From the NCBI GenBank assembly GCA_038087875.1, contig CM075978.1, forward strand, positions 43,338,001 to 43,402,000: a stretch of DNA of 64,000 nucleotides. The letters are read 5' to 3'. A program made the position numbers and the translations under genes. Positions within the stretch are counted from its first letter, which is position 1, and each line of letters starts with the position of its first letter. Shown here piece after piece: positions 50,760-64,000 of this stretch. Under the pieces are notes generated by a model. That model searched no databases. It was not told the origin of the DNA and saw only the letters and a program-made list of their open reading frames with translations. Source of the stretch: Malacoraja senta (taxonomy: Eukaryota).

Positions 50760-51224
50760 CCACCATTCAATGTGTTCATAGCTGGCCACAATCAGTACTC
50801 CATTCCTGCCTTCTCCCCATATCCCCTGACTCCGCTATATTTAAGAGTCCTATCAAGTTCTCTCTTGAAAGTATCCAGAGAACCGGCCTCCACCGTCCTC
50901 TCAGGCAGAGAATTCCACAGACTCACAACTCTCTGTGTGAAAAAATGTTTCCTCATCTCTGTTCTAAATGCCTTAACCCTTCTTCTTAAACTGTGGCCCC
51001 TGGTTCTGGACTCCCCCAACATCGGGAACATGTTTCCTGCCTCTAGCGTATCCAAATCCTTAATAATCTGATATGTTTCAATAAGATATGTCTCATCCTT
51101 CTAAATTCCAGAGTATACAAGCCCAGACGCTCCATTCTCTCAGCATATGACAGTCCCGCCATCCCAGGAATTAACCTTGTGAACCTACACTGCACTCCCA
51201 CAAATAAAGAACCAGAGGACAATT

Positions 51225-51512
51225 GAGAACTGGAGGACATAGGTTTAAGGTAAAGGGGGATAGGAATCTGAGGGGTAACTTTTTCACTGAAAGGGTGCTG
51301 GGTTTACAGAACGAGCTGCCAGAAGAGGGGGTTCAGGTAGGAACTATTGCAAATTTCAAGAAACAATTTGACAGGTACTTGGATAGGACTGGTTGGAGGG
51401 ATATGGGCCAAACACAGACAGGTGGGACTAGTGTAGATGGGATATATTGATCATTGTGGGCAAGTTAGGCCCAAGGTCCTGTTTCCACATTGTTTGACTC
51501 ATTGACTCTCTG
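51225..51512 (+). mobile_element. CR1 LINE 3' end
   Basis: GHRFKVKG..GNFFTERV; same tail type as 32780-33025. Confidence 0.75.
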
Positions 51513-51729
51513 ACTTAATCAAGCTAATTTGAAGAAATGATATTCAATATTTTGTATTATATTCTAAAATACAGATAAATTTATATGGTGATAACGTTTA
51601 CCGCTTATAGATCGATATTCATTCATTTAATTTATTCCAGTTCCATATCCAGGTTATGTTTTTATTACAGCATACCAGTGTGGCATAGGTAAGGGAGGGG
51701 GGTGGAGGAAAGTGAGGAGGTGTGTTTGC

Positions 51730-53125
51730 TAGTTACCTAGAAATGATGAATTCAATGTACATACCATTGGATTGTAAGCTACTTAAGTGGAATATAAGAT
51801 ACTGTTCCTCCAGTTTACATGTGGCCTCACTTTGACAAGACAGGAGGTCAGGATAGATCAATATGGGAATGGGAAGGGGAGTGAAAAGGATTAGCAATTG
51901 TGGGATCCAGCAGGGGTTGGCGGACCAGGTGAGTGTTGCCTAGTCTATGCTTGGTCTCGTCGATGAAAAGGAGACAACATTGAGAATACCAAATGCAGTG
52001 GATGAGGCTAGAAGATGTGCATGTGAACCTTTGTCTCACCTGGATGGACTGCTGGGTTCACTGGATGGACGTGAGGGAGTAGGTATAGGGACAGGTGTTA
52101 CATTTCCTGTGGTTGTAGGGGAAAGTACCTGGTGTGGAAAGGGATAAATGAATTAAGGAGTTGCTGAGGGAGCGTTCTCAGCAGAAAACAAAGGATTGGG
52201 CATGGAAGGATATGACTGTTAGTGGGATTATGTTGAAGGTGACAAAGGTTGTTGAATGATGTGTTGGATGTGGAAGCTTGTGGGGTGGAAGGCGAGGACC
52301 AGGGGAACTCTATCCTTGTTGTTTCTGGAGAATGGATGAGCGAAAGCAGAAGTACAGGACACCGGTGAGGAATCCATCTATGACAGCAGGGTGGAAACCA
52401 TGTTTTCTAAAGGAAAAGGAAGTTGGATGTCCTAGAATGGAACACTTAATGTCGGGAGCATGTACGGTGGAGATGGAGAAATTGAGAGTGGTGATGGCGT
52501 CTTTGCAAGACGCAGGGTGGGAAGAGGTGTAGTCCAGATAACCATGTATGTCAGTGGTTTAATAGTAGATGTCTGTCCCTTGTGATGGAAACAGAGATCA
52601 AGAGATGTTAGAGATAGTCCAAGTGAATTTGAGGGCAGGCAGAATGGTGATAAAGGTAATAAAATCAATTAGTTCTACGTGGGTGCAGGAGGCATCCCCA
52701 ATGCAGTTATTGATATGCCAGTGCATATTTTTTATAAGGTCTGTCCAATGTAACCAGCAAAAAGGGAGGTGTAGGTGGAGCCCATACGAGTGCCCATGGC
52801 CACTCAAGGGATAACAAGATAGAATCAAGATATTTGGAGATGAGTTCTGTGAGGCAGGAGCAGGCAGAAACAATGGGTCTGCCAGAGCAGTCCTGTTTGT
52901 AGATTTTGGGAAGGTGATAGAAATGGACAGTTTGGGGCTGGGGAACGATAAGGTTGGAGGTTGTGGATGGGAGACTGCCAGAGGGTGATGTGCTTAGTAA
53001 CAGACTGGAAGATTGTGAACATTTCTGTGGTGTCATGGTCAAAGAGTAATTATGATGAGTTGTCTGAGAGCTGGTGCGTAGCCTCAGCATGACAGTGGTC
53101 AGCCTACCAGTGTACAATCGCATCT
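51730..53125 (-). mobile_element. Decayed Penelope-like element (RT and GIY-YIG remnants)
   Basis: FYHLPKIYK...GRPIVSAC (PLE RT) and RQRFTCTSSSLIHCI...ETKHRL (GIY-YIG region). Confidence 0.78.
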
Positions 53126-53479
53126 TCCTCCAGTACTTTGTGCCTTTTTTTGTAAACCAACACCCTCAGTTCCTTGTATCTACACAAGACAAAAATAGGT
53201 TGACTGCACAGACCGGTGGATCTTCTTTCTTGTAGTTTTTAAATCTAAAATGGCTAAGAGAGGGTGGTGAAGGGTGTCTAATACCAGCTGGTACACTTGA
53301 AGGAAGGGTATATATGAGGTTATATGAATTGAAAGTGTTTCAGTTTCTGGAAAAAAATGAAATAAAAGAGATGCTGACAATACCCAGCAGGTGAGGCAGC
53401 ATCTTCAGAAAAAGAACAAATGAGTTATTGTTACAAAATGGTGGGCATTTTTTGATACAAACTGGAAATTGAATTTCAT

Positions 53480-53900
53480 TACAGGATCCTGGGGGTTAAT
53501 ATGCCACACAAATATGCGATGCTGTAAATATGCGATGCTGTTTGTTGGAGCAGTATTAGAATTGGAGTGGAAATAGAATGGATAATTAACATGGCAAGTA
53601 ACTAAGACTCAGGGTCATCCTGCAGACTGACCAGAGCTGTTCTGCAAAACAATCACCCAAATTACATTCAGTTTCTCCAAAATGGATACCGCATAGAGAT
53701 GATAAAACGTAATAAGAACATCAGATGACGTGCAGGTGAATTGCTGTTTCACCTGAAATATGTGTTTGTGTACATGGATGATGGAAAGGTAGAAAGTAGA
53801 AGAATAATTGTTGCATCTGTTGTAATTGTATGGGAAGATGCCATGAGGAGTGAACTGGGTGTTGGAAGAATGGTTGAGATGGAACAGTAATGCAAAGAAT
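53480..53900 (-). mobile_element. Highly decayed Penelope-like fragment
   Basis: Nucleotide similarity to 51780-52110. Confidence 0.5.
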
Positions 53901-53997
53901 CATGAATGGAATGGTCCCTTTGCAGTGCTGAAGAAGAGGAAAGGGAAAATTAGTATGGTGATGACATCATGTCGAGATGAAGGAAATTGTAGTGCAT

Positions 53998-54645
53998 TTA
54001 AGTTTCAGTTCAGTTTGTCACGTGTACCAGTGAAAAGCTTTTGTTGCGTGCTAACCAGTCAGCAGAAAGACAATACGGGTTATTGATTGGGGACGATCAG
54101 CCATGATCACGATGAATGGCGGTGCTGGCTCGAAGGGCTGAATGGCCTCCTCCTGCACCTATTTTTTATGTTTCTATGTTTCTATGTTAATACATGATTA
54201 CAATCGATCCATAGATACATGATAAGGGAATAACGTTTCGTGCAATGTAAATCCAGCAAAGTCCGATCAAGGATAGTCTGAGGTTCATCAAAGAGGTACA
54301 TTGTAGTTTAGCACTGCTTTCTGGTTGCGGTAGGATGATTCAGTTGTCTGATAACAGCTGGGAAGAAACTGTCCCCGAATCTGGTGGTGTGCGTTTCACA
54401 CTTCTATAACATTTGCCTGATGGGAGAGGGGAGAACAGGGAGTGGCCAGGGTGCAACTCATCCTTGATTATGCTGCTGGCCGTGCCGAGGCAGTGTGAGG
54501 TATAAATGGAGTCAATAGAAGGGAGGTTGGTTTGTGTGATGGTCTGGGCTGCGTCCGCAGTTCGCTGCAATTTCTTGCAGTCTTGGAAGGAGCTGGTCCC
54601 AAACCAAGCTGTGATGCATTGTGATAAAATGCTTTCTATGATGCT
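53998..54645 (-). mobile_element. Rex1/Babar LINE 3' fragment interrupted by a short CR1 tail (about 54085-54187, +)
   Basis: IIESILSQCITAWFG...IIKDELHPGHSLFSPLPSGK; embedded tail ending TTTCTATG repeats matches 57265-57352. Confidence 0.75.
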
Positions 54646-55498
54646 AATATCCCAATATTGTACCCTTTTTGTGCCCAATATGTTGCTTACATCGTTGCCT
54701 TGTTAGCCTTCTGTCAAAAAGCATAATGTTTCAAAATTACGTTATGCCTCTATCAAAAGCGTTCTCCCGTGGCCCTGCAAGAAAATGACATGGTTACCTG
54801 CTCACTGCCATCTATGTTTTAAAGAATTTTATGCCTTGAAATTCAGTAATTAAATGAAAAAAATGTTGTCATCATTTATTTAATGAGTATCATCACTGAT
54901 GACAAACAATTGTAATAATCCTTATTGAATACTATGTGTTACCTTAACTGATGTTAAAAAAATGCACCTAAACTGAGTGACTAGAGCTCTTAAACTAATG
55001 CGTGCTTAGTTGCTGAAACCTTATATAATGAATTTTCACTCAGGTCAGCCCCCTCTTTGCTTGCTAGACAGATCGCCAAACATAAATCTTGCTTAGTTAT
55101 CACATTCTGCCGGGGTGTTATTGAAGCTATAAATTGAGCCAGATGGATGGGTTAACTGTATCTGCTGCATCAACATCTTATGTGGCTGTAATTCACTTTT
55201 ACTGTCTCCCCTACACTTCAGTGGAGATTAAAACATTACACTACACATTTTTCTTATCACGACAAAGCATTGGTTTCCTAATACTGAAGGAAAGGATTTG
55301 AAACACATCAAACATAGAACAATACAGCACATGAGCATACCCTTTGGCTCACTATGACTGTGCTGAAAATGTTGCCAAGACCAATTCTTATCTTTCTGCA
55401 TGTAATCCATATCCTTCCATTCCCTGCATATCCACATGCCTATCCAAAAGTTTCTTAAATGCCACTATTGTATCTGTCTCCACCACCATCCCCAGCAA

Positions 55499-56052
55499 TG
55501 TGTAGGAAGGAACTGCAGATGCTGGTTTAAACCGAAGATAGACACAAAAAGCTGGAGTAACTCAGCGGGACAGGCAACATCTCTGGAGAGAAGGAATGGG
55601 TGATGTTTCGGTTCGAGACCCTTCTTCAGACTGGTTAGGGATAAGGGAAATGAGAGATATAGATGATGATGTAGAGAGATAAAGAACAATTAATAAAAGA
55701 TATGCAAAAAAGTAATGATGATAAAGGAAACAGGCCATTGTTAACTGTGTGTTCGGTGAAAACAAGAAGCTAGTACGACTTGGGTGGGGGAGGGATAGAG
55801 AGAGAGGGAATGCCGGGGCTACCTGAAGTGAGAAAGATTAATATTCATACCACTGGGCGTAAGCTGCCCATTGAAATATGAGATGCTGTTCCTCCAATTT
55901 GCGTTTAGCCGTACTCTGACAATGGAGGAAACTTAGGACAGAAAAGTCTGTGAGGGAATGGGTAGGAGAATTAAAGTGTTTAGCAACTGGGAGATCAGGT
56001 AGGTTCAGGCAGGCTGAGTGAAGGTGTTCAGTGAAACGATCGCCCAGTCTAC
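55499..56052 (-). mobile_element. Penelope-like 3' end with pseudo-LTR, inserted in a CR1 tail
   Basis: 55830-56050 resembles the GIY-YIG end at 51735-51950; pLTR carries a CTGAAGA-stem-GAAA core at 55601-55631 (minus). Confidence 0.75.
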
Positions 56053-56184
56053 CCTTTCTATGTCTCTCATAATTTGATATACTTCATCAGGTCTCCCTGC
56101 AACCTCTGGCGTTCCATTAAAAACTATCCAAGTCTGTCCAACCTCCCCCTGTAGCTAATACCTTCTAATCCAGCCTATGTAAAT

Positions 56185-57353
56185 CCTGGCCACATAAGAG
56201 ATTAGTATACAAACTTAAAGCGCACGGTATTGGGGGTTCAGTATTGATGTGGATAGAGAACTGGCTGGCAAACAGGAAGCAAAGAGTAGGAGTAAACGGG
56301 TCCTTTTCAGAATGGCAGGCAGTGACTAGTGGGGTACCGCAAGACTCAGTGCTGGGACCCCAGCTATTTACAATATATATTAATGATTTGGACGAGGGAA
56401 TTGAATGCAACATCTCCAAGTTTGCGGATGACACAAAGCTGGGCGGCAGTATTAGCTGTGAGGAGGATGCTAGGAGGCTGCAAGGTGACTTGAATAGGCT
56501 GGGTGAGTGGGCAAATGCATGGCAGATGCAGCATAATGTGGATAAATGTGAGGTTATCCACTTTGGTGGCAAAAACAGGAAAGTAGACTATTATCTAAAT
56601 GGTGGCCGATTAGGAAAAGGGGAGATGCAACGAGACCTGGGTGTCATGGTACACCAGTCATTGAAAGTAGGCATGCAGGTGCAGCAGGCAGTGAAGAAAG
56701 CGAATGGTATGTTAGCATTCATTGCAAAAGGATTTGAGTATAGGAGCAGGGAGGTTCTACTACAGTTGTACAGGGTCTTGGTGAGACCACACCTGGAGTA
56801 TTGCGTACAGTTTTGGTCTCCAAATCTGAGGAAAGACATTCTTGCCATAGAGGGAGTACAGAGAAGGTTCACCAGACTGATTCCTGGGATGTCAGGACTT
56901 TCATATGAAGAAAGACTGGATAGACTCGGCTTGCACTCGCTAGAATTTAGAAGATTGAGGGGGGATCTTATAGAAACGTACAAAATTCTTAAGGGGTTGG
57001 ACAGGCTAGATGCAGGAAGATTGTTCCCGATGTTGGGGAAGTCCAGGACAAGGGGTCACAGTTTAAGGATAAAGGGGAAATCCTTTAGGACTGAGATGAG
57101 AAAAACATTTTTCACACAGAGAGTGGTGAATCTCTGGAACTCTCTGCCACAGAAGGTAGTTGAGGCCAGTTCATTGGCTATATTTAAGAGGGAGTTAGAT
57201 GTGGCCCTTGTGGCTAAAGGGATCAGGGGGTATGGAGAGAAGGCAGGTACAGGATACTGAGTTGGATGATCAGCCATGATCATATTGAATGGCGGTGCAG
57301 GTTCGAAGGGCCGAATGGCCTACTCCTGCACCTATTTTCTATGTTTCTATGTT
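56185..57353 (+). mobile_element. CR1 LINE, 5'-truncated, open ORF2 C-terminal part
   Basis: 338-codon open frame with SGVPQ, KFADDTKL, LVRPHLEYCVQFW; 3' tail ending in TTTCTATG repeats. Confidence 0.92.
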
Positions 57354-58123
57354 CTGGCACACCCCCTTTAGACTTTAAATACATTTAATAAAATGCAGTA
57401 ATAATGATCTTAACATCTGTGTACTTACATGGTCAGAACCGATCTCGGTCAGAAATCACAAAAATATTAAATTTGGGTTGTGAGGAAGAAATCAGGTAAG
57501 TTCCTCTTTTTGATCAATATATACAAACCACCGTTGGAAATGCATGTATGTTTCTGTTCAGGGTGGAGTTTGGTTGGAGTTCTCACAGATGATACAGTAG
57601 CTAATCCTGGAAAAATGGGGAAGAGAGAAAAATGGGGAAGAGAGGAAGTGCCTTTAGTGAAATTTTCATTCTTTGCCTTCAAATAATTTCCCCGTGTAAT
57701 TTATCATTTCAATTATTTTTAAGGAGCCGCCATTCTCCTGATGGATTTTAGACCAATTGGATCCAAAAAGTGGCCAAATTTGAACCTTTGAATAGCATGT
57801 ATAATCAGACAACTTAAAATCCAATCAAATGCTCAATGCCCTTATCCCTAACCAGTCTGAAGATATGCCAGCTTTACAAAGTTTCCATGTTATATCTAAT
57901 TTTCTAGCCTGCTGATACAAACTTGGTAAGTTAACAATGGATTTGATGCCCAACAGACAAAGACAAAAGTTCCTTTTCAACTCTTTCCTTTTCAACTATT
58001 GCATTATTTCCCTTTCTTTCAATGGTCTTGTTGTGTCATCCTGCAGTTGAAATTGCAATTGTTGATTATAGTTCTCATTGCCAAGTACAGAAAAGTTACA
58101 CTTTTTTTCTTCCTCATTTGCAG

Positions 58124-58231
58124 TATGTTCCTCCTGACCTTTCCATCTGTGTGTTTGTGCTGGAGCAGTCATTGTCTGTCAGAGCCTTGCAGGAGATGTT
58201 GACCAGTACAAGTGAAAAGAACAATGAAGGG
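58124..58231 (+). CDS. RYR3: Ryanodine receptor (RYR3-like) coding exon 3
   Basis: Polypyrimidine tract plus CAG at 58121-58123; 108-nt phase-0 exon [36 protein letters not shown]; donor GTAACT at 58232; in frame with the previous exon. [16 protein letters not shown] is a RyR hallmark. Confidence 0.95.
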
Positions 58232-61200
58232 GTAACTATCAAGATCAAACATTGAAATGTTTCATATTTTCACATGTTCTTGAATGCTGTTTTTGCTATC
58301 TTTAGGTGATAAGTACTTTTTTGGTCTAAATTATTTGCACTAACGCAGTCTAGAGAATAGAGGCTCTTATCAAGTTGATTGAGTAGTAATTGCAAATGTA
58401 TCATCCAAGTTGTACTCTGTCACAAAGCCCATTGCATTAAAGCATGGAGAGAGATTTTGCTGAACAAATAATGTACTTTCTATGTTATGTTTGGTTAAGC
58501 TTTTGCATGGATTAGACTGAAGAATATCATGCCCCTTTCTGCCCTTCATCTTACAAATTCAACACAAGGGCAGTGGAAAACAAACAATTAAAAAAAAAAA
58601 TATTGTGTACAGTACCAAAACAGAGAAGATTAAAGAAGAACTGAAGAACTAGTGATGGATTGAATAAGTCAGCATGTTTTCCTCACTTTAAACAAAAAAA
58701 AGAACAGCCTGATTGCGACTTTATAATTATTAAAGGGTTTGATGAAGTTGAATGGAGAGTGGGCTGGATATTTCAGTTACTGCAATGACAGTAAAATTAC
58801 CAACATTGTCTCCGTAACCTGTGAAATGGACAGCAAATTTAGAATTGCCAAATCAGTACAATGTAATGCAAAATCCAGGTGATCAATGATTCCACCATTT
58901 TAGGTAGGGCACAGTCCTCCTTGGTTGTCTCTACCAGAATTAAGGAGAATCAGTTGAACAAATGAAGCAAAAGGTTCTTTCAAACAAGGCACTTCAGAAT
59001 ACCTGAAAATATTATGCTTTGCTTTATGCAATCTTATTAAGTTGCGAAGGAAATGCACGGGAACGTTTCAGAAATATTGCATAGCCTAAACAGAAAAACA
59101 ATTGTCAATTGCATTTCCCTCAAAGTGTTTCATAATCTGATTCATTAAAAAGAAAAATACTACATTATTATATAATATTTTGGCTTTTCCTTGATCGTAC
59201 ATGTTGTTGCAATAATTTAGTGGTTACAGTATGTTACTCACAATCTGAAAGATTGAATTGTGGTGTGAAGACAATATCTTAACATGGCAACTGGGGAATT
59301 TTGATTCTGTTAAATAATTCCAAAAGAAAAAACTATCAATAACAATGACCATGAAACTGCTAAACTGCCATAATTAAAAACAGAAGGTACCCAAAGTACT
59401 CCACAAGTGAGCCGGCATGTCTAGAGAGAGAAACAGACTCGATATTAATGTCCATCTGGTTTACTAATTTATTTGCAGGAGGGAAATCTGCCAACCTTAC
59501 CCTGCCTGGCTGTGTGGTTGACTACTGCTTGCCTTTTCCAACAGCCAAGAAAGTAAACCACTTTGAGGGTTATTCAGAATAGGCAATAAATGCTGATCTT
59601 TCTAATCATATCCTTAGCTTGTCAGTGAAGTAAAAGAGATTTTTATTTTTATTGAGAATTCTCTAAAATGTTTGAAATCTTAGCAAAGTCAACTTTGATT
59701 TTTCTCTCAGTTAACCTATTCACATCCAGAGCACCAGAGATCCCTTAGACATTGGAAAAACAGAAGCCCTTGTCATGCAGGTACCGAGGCCTTTGTGAGC
59801 AGTTTTCTTCAGCATCATGTTCAGACTTGCCCGCTGAATGTAAAATCTGTCCAAAAATGTTTACACATGTTGGTGAAGCCAAAAATATAAATTGTATATA
59901 TTAGATTCTGCCTCATAATTCTAAATTGAATATTTTTATATTGAAGGAGAGCTGAGAATTTAGAACATATCCATGTGGTTTAAATGACTGGCACAGTCAT
60001 TGATGTATTTAAGAGGAACCTAGACGATTAAAGTTAAAAGGAAAACAAATGTGAACCTTGCCGAGTTAGATGAAGTATTATTGGAGGCCTGTGCAAAGCC
60101 TGGAGCAGCTGTGCCAAGTAATCTAATAGTTTACTGTAAATTCCATTTATATTGACATCTTCAGTGTAAATTCCCATTGTTTCAGTCAGGTAGATTGAGT
60201 GCATATGCACACTTGCACTTTTTTACTTTATTTTTAAATTCTCCTCAGTTCTTCAATGTCACAAAATACTGCTGTCTTAGCTCCTTAGTCCCACTTCATT
60301 TTTTTGAGACGCTTCAAATTTCTGCTTACTCAGAATGGTACATATTAATGTGTTACAAAAAAAACCCTTATGTTGTTTGAAAAATCTCTCACATTTTTAA
60401 ATTATTTTTTAATAAGATGTTATTAATGTATTATTATTATGGACGAGTATATTGCTGCTTTCATACACCTTCATTGATTTTATATATTTGTGATTTTGAC
60501 AAAGATTAGCTGTTAGATTTATTGCCAGCTCCTAAAATCTATATCCTATATATTTTGATTCTTGTATTATTACTTAAATAATTCATGACTAAGAATTTAT
60601 CAATTGTGCTGTTTGTATCAGAAATTTCATGTCAATTTGGGAATGTGATGTTTTTCACTACACCAGTGCACACGTGTTTTTTGTGTTAATCTCTTTTTAA
60701 TCCAGCTGCCATGGATTCACTAATGTCCTTTTGGGTTGTAAATTGGCCATGTTCACCCTCTCTGACCTATGTGTGATTCCAGACCCTTCATTGTGGTTGA
60801 TTTTTAACAGCATTCTCTGTTCAATAATAATTAGAGATGGTTAATAAATGTGGCAATGCCCACATCGCTTGAACAATAAATTAAAGAATGTTCCACTGTG
60901 TAAAGAACTGGAATTTGGAATGAGATAGCGAATGTGTAATATAGCCTTGTGATTTATTCACTCTCTGCTATTTCTTTTTTAACATGCTAGCCAATTGATT
61001 TCATCAAATGGGTATGTTCATTACCTTGTTTATTTCTTCCTTCCTTCTCCCGTGCATGTAGTCGAAAAGTTGAACTCCAAACTTGCTTTCAATGGGCAAT
61101 GTTTGCTGCAAATTCTTGTGTCATTGTGCAAATAGTTATTTCTTACTCATTTTGGCGATGGGACAAAAGGTAGATTACTTAACTGACTTCACTAGAACTC

Positions 61201-61424
61201 AAAGGGGGGCATGATATTTATGTTGGAATTCTTTACTAATTAAACTATCCTTATTGGAAATATTCAATTCGAAAAAAAAGATCTGGTATGGTAAAATTTG
61301 CATTAAAATCAGATAATGCTGAAAGTGAAATGCCAGCAGTTTTCAAGCTTCACCTGAACTGCCTTTTCTGTTAATGGGAAACAGTTTCAGTGAAGTTGGT
61401 AGGAATAGTTTATTACTTTAGTTA

Positions 61425-61650
61425 GGGTGGCATGGTGGCACTGCAGTAGAGTTGCTACCTTACAGCACTAGAGACCCTGATTATGGGTGCTTGTCTGTAC
61501 AGAGTTTGACTTGCGTGGGTTTTTCCGGGAGCTCCGGTTTCCTCCCACACTCTGAAGACATACAGGTTTGTAGGTTAATTGACGGTATAATTGTAAATTG
61601 TCCCTAGTGTGTAGGAAAGTGTTAGTGTCGGGGGATTGCTGGTCGGAACA
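61425..61650 (+). mobile_element. tRNA-derived SINE (HE1/V-SINE-like), B-box deleted
   Basis: Homologous to 48801-49060. Confidence 0.75.
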
Positions 61651-62088
61651 GATATGAGAATTTTGTGAGATAATGTGCAGCTTTGTACTGACAATTTATT
61701 CCATAGCTTTTGCGATTTTATGTGTTTTTATGTGCGTAACTCCATTAAGTGATTTTACTCAGGCAATCTGCAGGTAATTAATTGTCTCCTGACTATCAGA
61801 GGTGGAACATTTCCTCCATTGTATTGGAGGGTGGCCAAATGGACATTACATTATTAATGCAATTCTACTCATCAGCAATTTAATTTGCTGACAATGACCT
61901 GAAATGTTTTGTATAATTTCATTAAAAGTATTAATTGAAAATGCAAACTGACAGAATAATTTAATTCCAAATTTTTTAATGAAAAATGAACATACCAAAT
62001 GAATGAAACTCAAAAGTTTCATATAATTTACTGAGGTTGTAGGAGATTTATTTTCTTGAAGGTCTAAGCACACACATCCTTAATAAGG

Positions 62089-63132
62089 TAGCAATGTTAC
62101 AAAATTTTGAGATTTTAAAAACCAAGTCTGCAATTTATCCCATCAGATAAAGCATAAAAAGAAGTTTAATTTGACACCTAATTCACTTTCATATCTTCAG
62201 TATTAAAAAAGTTATGGCCATTTTCATACTCGGAAATTAGTATCTTCTTCCCTATTGCTTTTCCATTGACTTAACACAAAAGCTGTGATCAAGGACAGTC
62301 AAAAGCCCATAACTTTCTTAAAAATTAAGAGAACTGAAAGAAATGTTCAGTTATTATAGATTGAAGTATTCTGAAACAAATATGAAACAATCTTACTTGG
62401 ATGACCTGAAATTAAAGCATATAATTAGTTAGTTACCCAAGTGTAGCTAATTACAAAATTCAATTACTAGATCTAAACATCTAGCAATTTCTTAAGAAAA
62501 GATGAACATTTTTAAATAGCCTAAGTGTCCAAATAACATTCACACAAGAATTCACAATATAACATGATTTTTAAATGTCATTGTCATTAATTTATAGGCC
62601 AAATGGAAGGAATTTAATGTTTAATTCCCGTAAATTAATGGCCATTTAAATCATCTTGCGAGTGAGATTTTCTGGAACAAGATCAAGTGGAACGTTGCAT
62701 TTGCGGTGAATTTAAACCCCATGTCGGCAGGAAAAATACTGCCGGTTCGTATGGGGAATAAGTCACCTTCTCGCAACATGACATTTTGATTAAAGGTATC
62801 CTAAGAAGCACTTTTTAATGAAAAAATAAACTGTGTACTTTGCCTTGTCCTCTACGTGAGGTCCATCCCGTTGTCGGCGTTCATGACTTTAGAAGATGAA
62901 TTTTAATTTACTACAGTAATTAAATTAGTAAGCGCAGTTTAAAAATAATTCCAGAGAACGGCAGTCGAAGCGATTTTTCTTCCTCAACTATTTAGCCTGT
63001 TCAAAATCATTTAGAATAGGCTTCCGAAATACCGCATTTTAAACCCGCCCCCCTCTCAACGGCGCTAAAGTCGCGCACACGGGCAGTGACAGAACTGCAG
63101 CGCCGGTTAAGGTAAGTTTTGTAACATACCTA
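62089..63132 (-). mobile_element. Non-autonomous TIR DNA transposon with 7-bp TSD, copy 2
   Basis: TIRs TAGCAATGTTACAAAA / TTTTGTAACATACCTA; TSD AATAAGG at 62082-62088 and 63133-63139; first ~370 bp closely match 7280-7650. Confidence 0.88.
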
Positions 63133-63329
63133 AATAAGGTACTTAATGTATTACATTCAATTGTTATGTTTTCCTTGTCTTTTGTATCTGAAATATTAAT
63201 AGCTCCTACATATTTCTCTTTAAAACTAAAAAGAAAACTTCCCATCACCTCCCACTGCCCATTGTCTACGCTAAACTCTAACAAAGTTGAAAAATCTTTA
63301 TTAGGACTGGAAGAGTGGTAAAGGATGGA

Positions 63330-63552
63330 GGAGAATTGGCTATGACACAGGATATCTCCTATAAAATGAGATCAGTGTTGCTGTGGTAACGAGCTAATGA
63401 TGAAACCATCTGGTTGATAGATTAATAAGGACAATGTGTTGAATGCAGAGGATAGTGCCATGGAAAATGAGGACCAAGGGAACTCTGTTGTTGCTGTGTT
63501 TAGATGGAGAGCGGAGTAACAGCAGAGGAATGGGAAGTAGATGGGATGAAGT
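63330..63552 (-). mobile_element. Penelope-like fragment
   Basis: NRVPLVLIFH...IQHIVL linker motif; similar to 52255-52325. Confidence 0.55.
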
Positions 63553-63559
63553 CAACGCA

Positions 63560-64000
63560 CCAACGTTCCACCAATGCAATATTCCACCACTCACCCATAG
63601 CCCCTAACTGTGCAGGCGCAGCTCATTTCGCCTCATCCCCGAGCACTCCCTCCCCCTCCTCTTCATGTGTGGGAGGGGGGGGAGGGAAGTGGGATGTGTG
63701 GCGGGAGGGGGGGTGGGGTGGGAGGGGAGGAGGGTTGTATGTGGACAGGGAGATATAAGAGGGGGGGAGAGGGTGGTGTGGGGGAGGGGGGAGTGGCGGG
63801 GGGTGTGGGTGGGGCAGAGGTGTGCATGTGGGTGGGAGTGGTGTGGGGGTGGGATGAGGGATGTAGGGGGGGTGGGGGGAGGGGGGGTGTGTGGGGGGGT
63901 TTGTGTGGGGAAGGGATTGTGGTCTCAGGGGGTTTGTGGGGGTGGGGGTTGTTGTGGGGCGGGTTTGTGGGGGCAGGGGGTTGTGGGGGCGGGGTTTTTA
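63560..64000 (-). mobile_element. Non-autonomous Helitron, copy 3 (runs off the window)
   Basis: 63571-63680 nearly identical to 9797-9905, followed by the same G-rich tract. Confidence 0.75.

Larger units (their letters stand above)
49395..51200 (-). mobile_element. CR1 LINE 3' part, interrupted by the hAT MITE
   Basis: FFTQRVVSLWNSLP; tail TAGACAA repeats at 49397-49414; sequence is continuous across the TSD. Confidence 0.85.

Noticed and set aside
59711-59780. Possible cassette exon (TCTCAG ... CAG|GTACCG) after exon 3
   Set aside because: 70 nt would shift the frame, the donor is weak, and the peptide does not resemble RyR exon 4 (GGGHRTLLYGH).

Overview
Vertebrate genomic DNA; the repeat repertoire (HE1/V-SINE-like tRNA SINEs, CR1, Rex1/Babar, Penelope, Vingi) suggests a cartilaginous fish, probably a skate or ray (inference). 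The only host-gene sequence I can support is two + strand coding exons of a ryanodine receptor most like RYR3: 47884-48003 (exon 2) and 58124-58231 (exon 3). Exon 1 is not visible, so most of the window is probably intron. The introns are full of mobile elements: two DIRS1-type tyrosine-recombinase retrotransposons with complete ITR/ICR termini (11847-16625 +, 21682-25927 -), two deletion derivatives of a TIR transposon with 7-bp TSDs (one keeps a Spindlin/Tudor-like coding remnant), a CGGBP1-like hAT remnant, a hAT MITE, non-autonomous Helitrons, a young Vingi LINE with an 8-bp TSD, Penelope fragments and Penelope-derived palindromes with minimal hammerhead ribozyme cores, a family of non-coding LINE-tailed elements, and many CR1/Rex1 fragments. 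There are two assembly gaps. Family names come from motif recognition from memory, not database searches; boundaries without TSD/TIR support are approximate.
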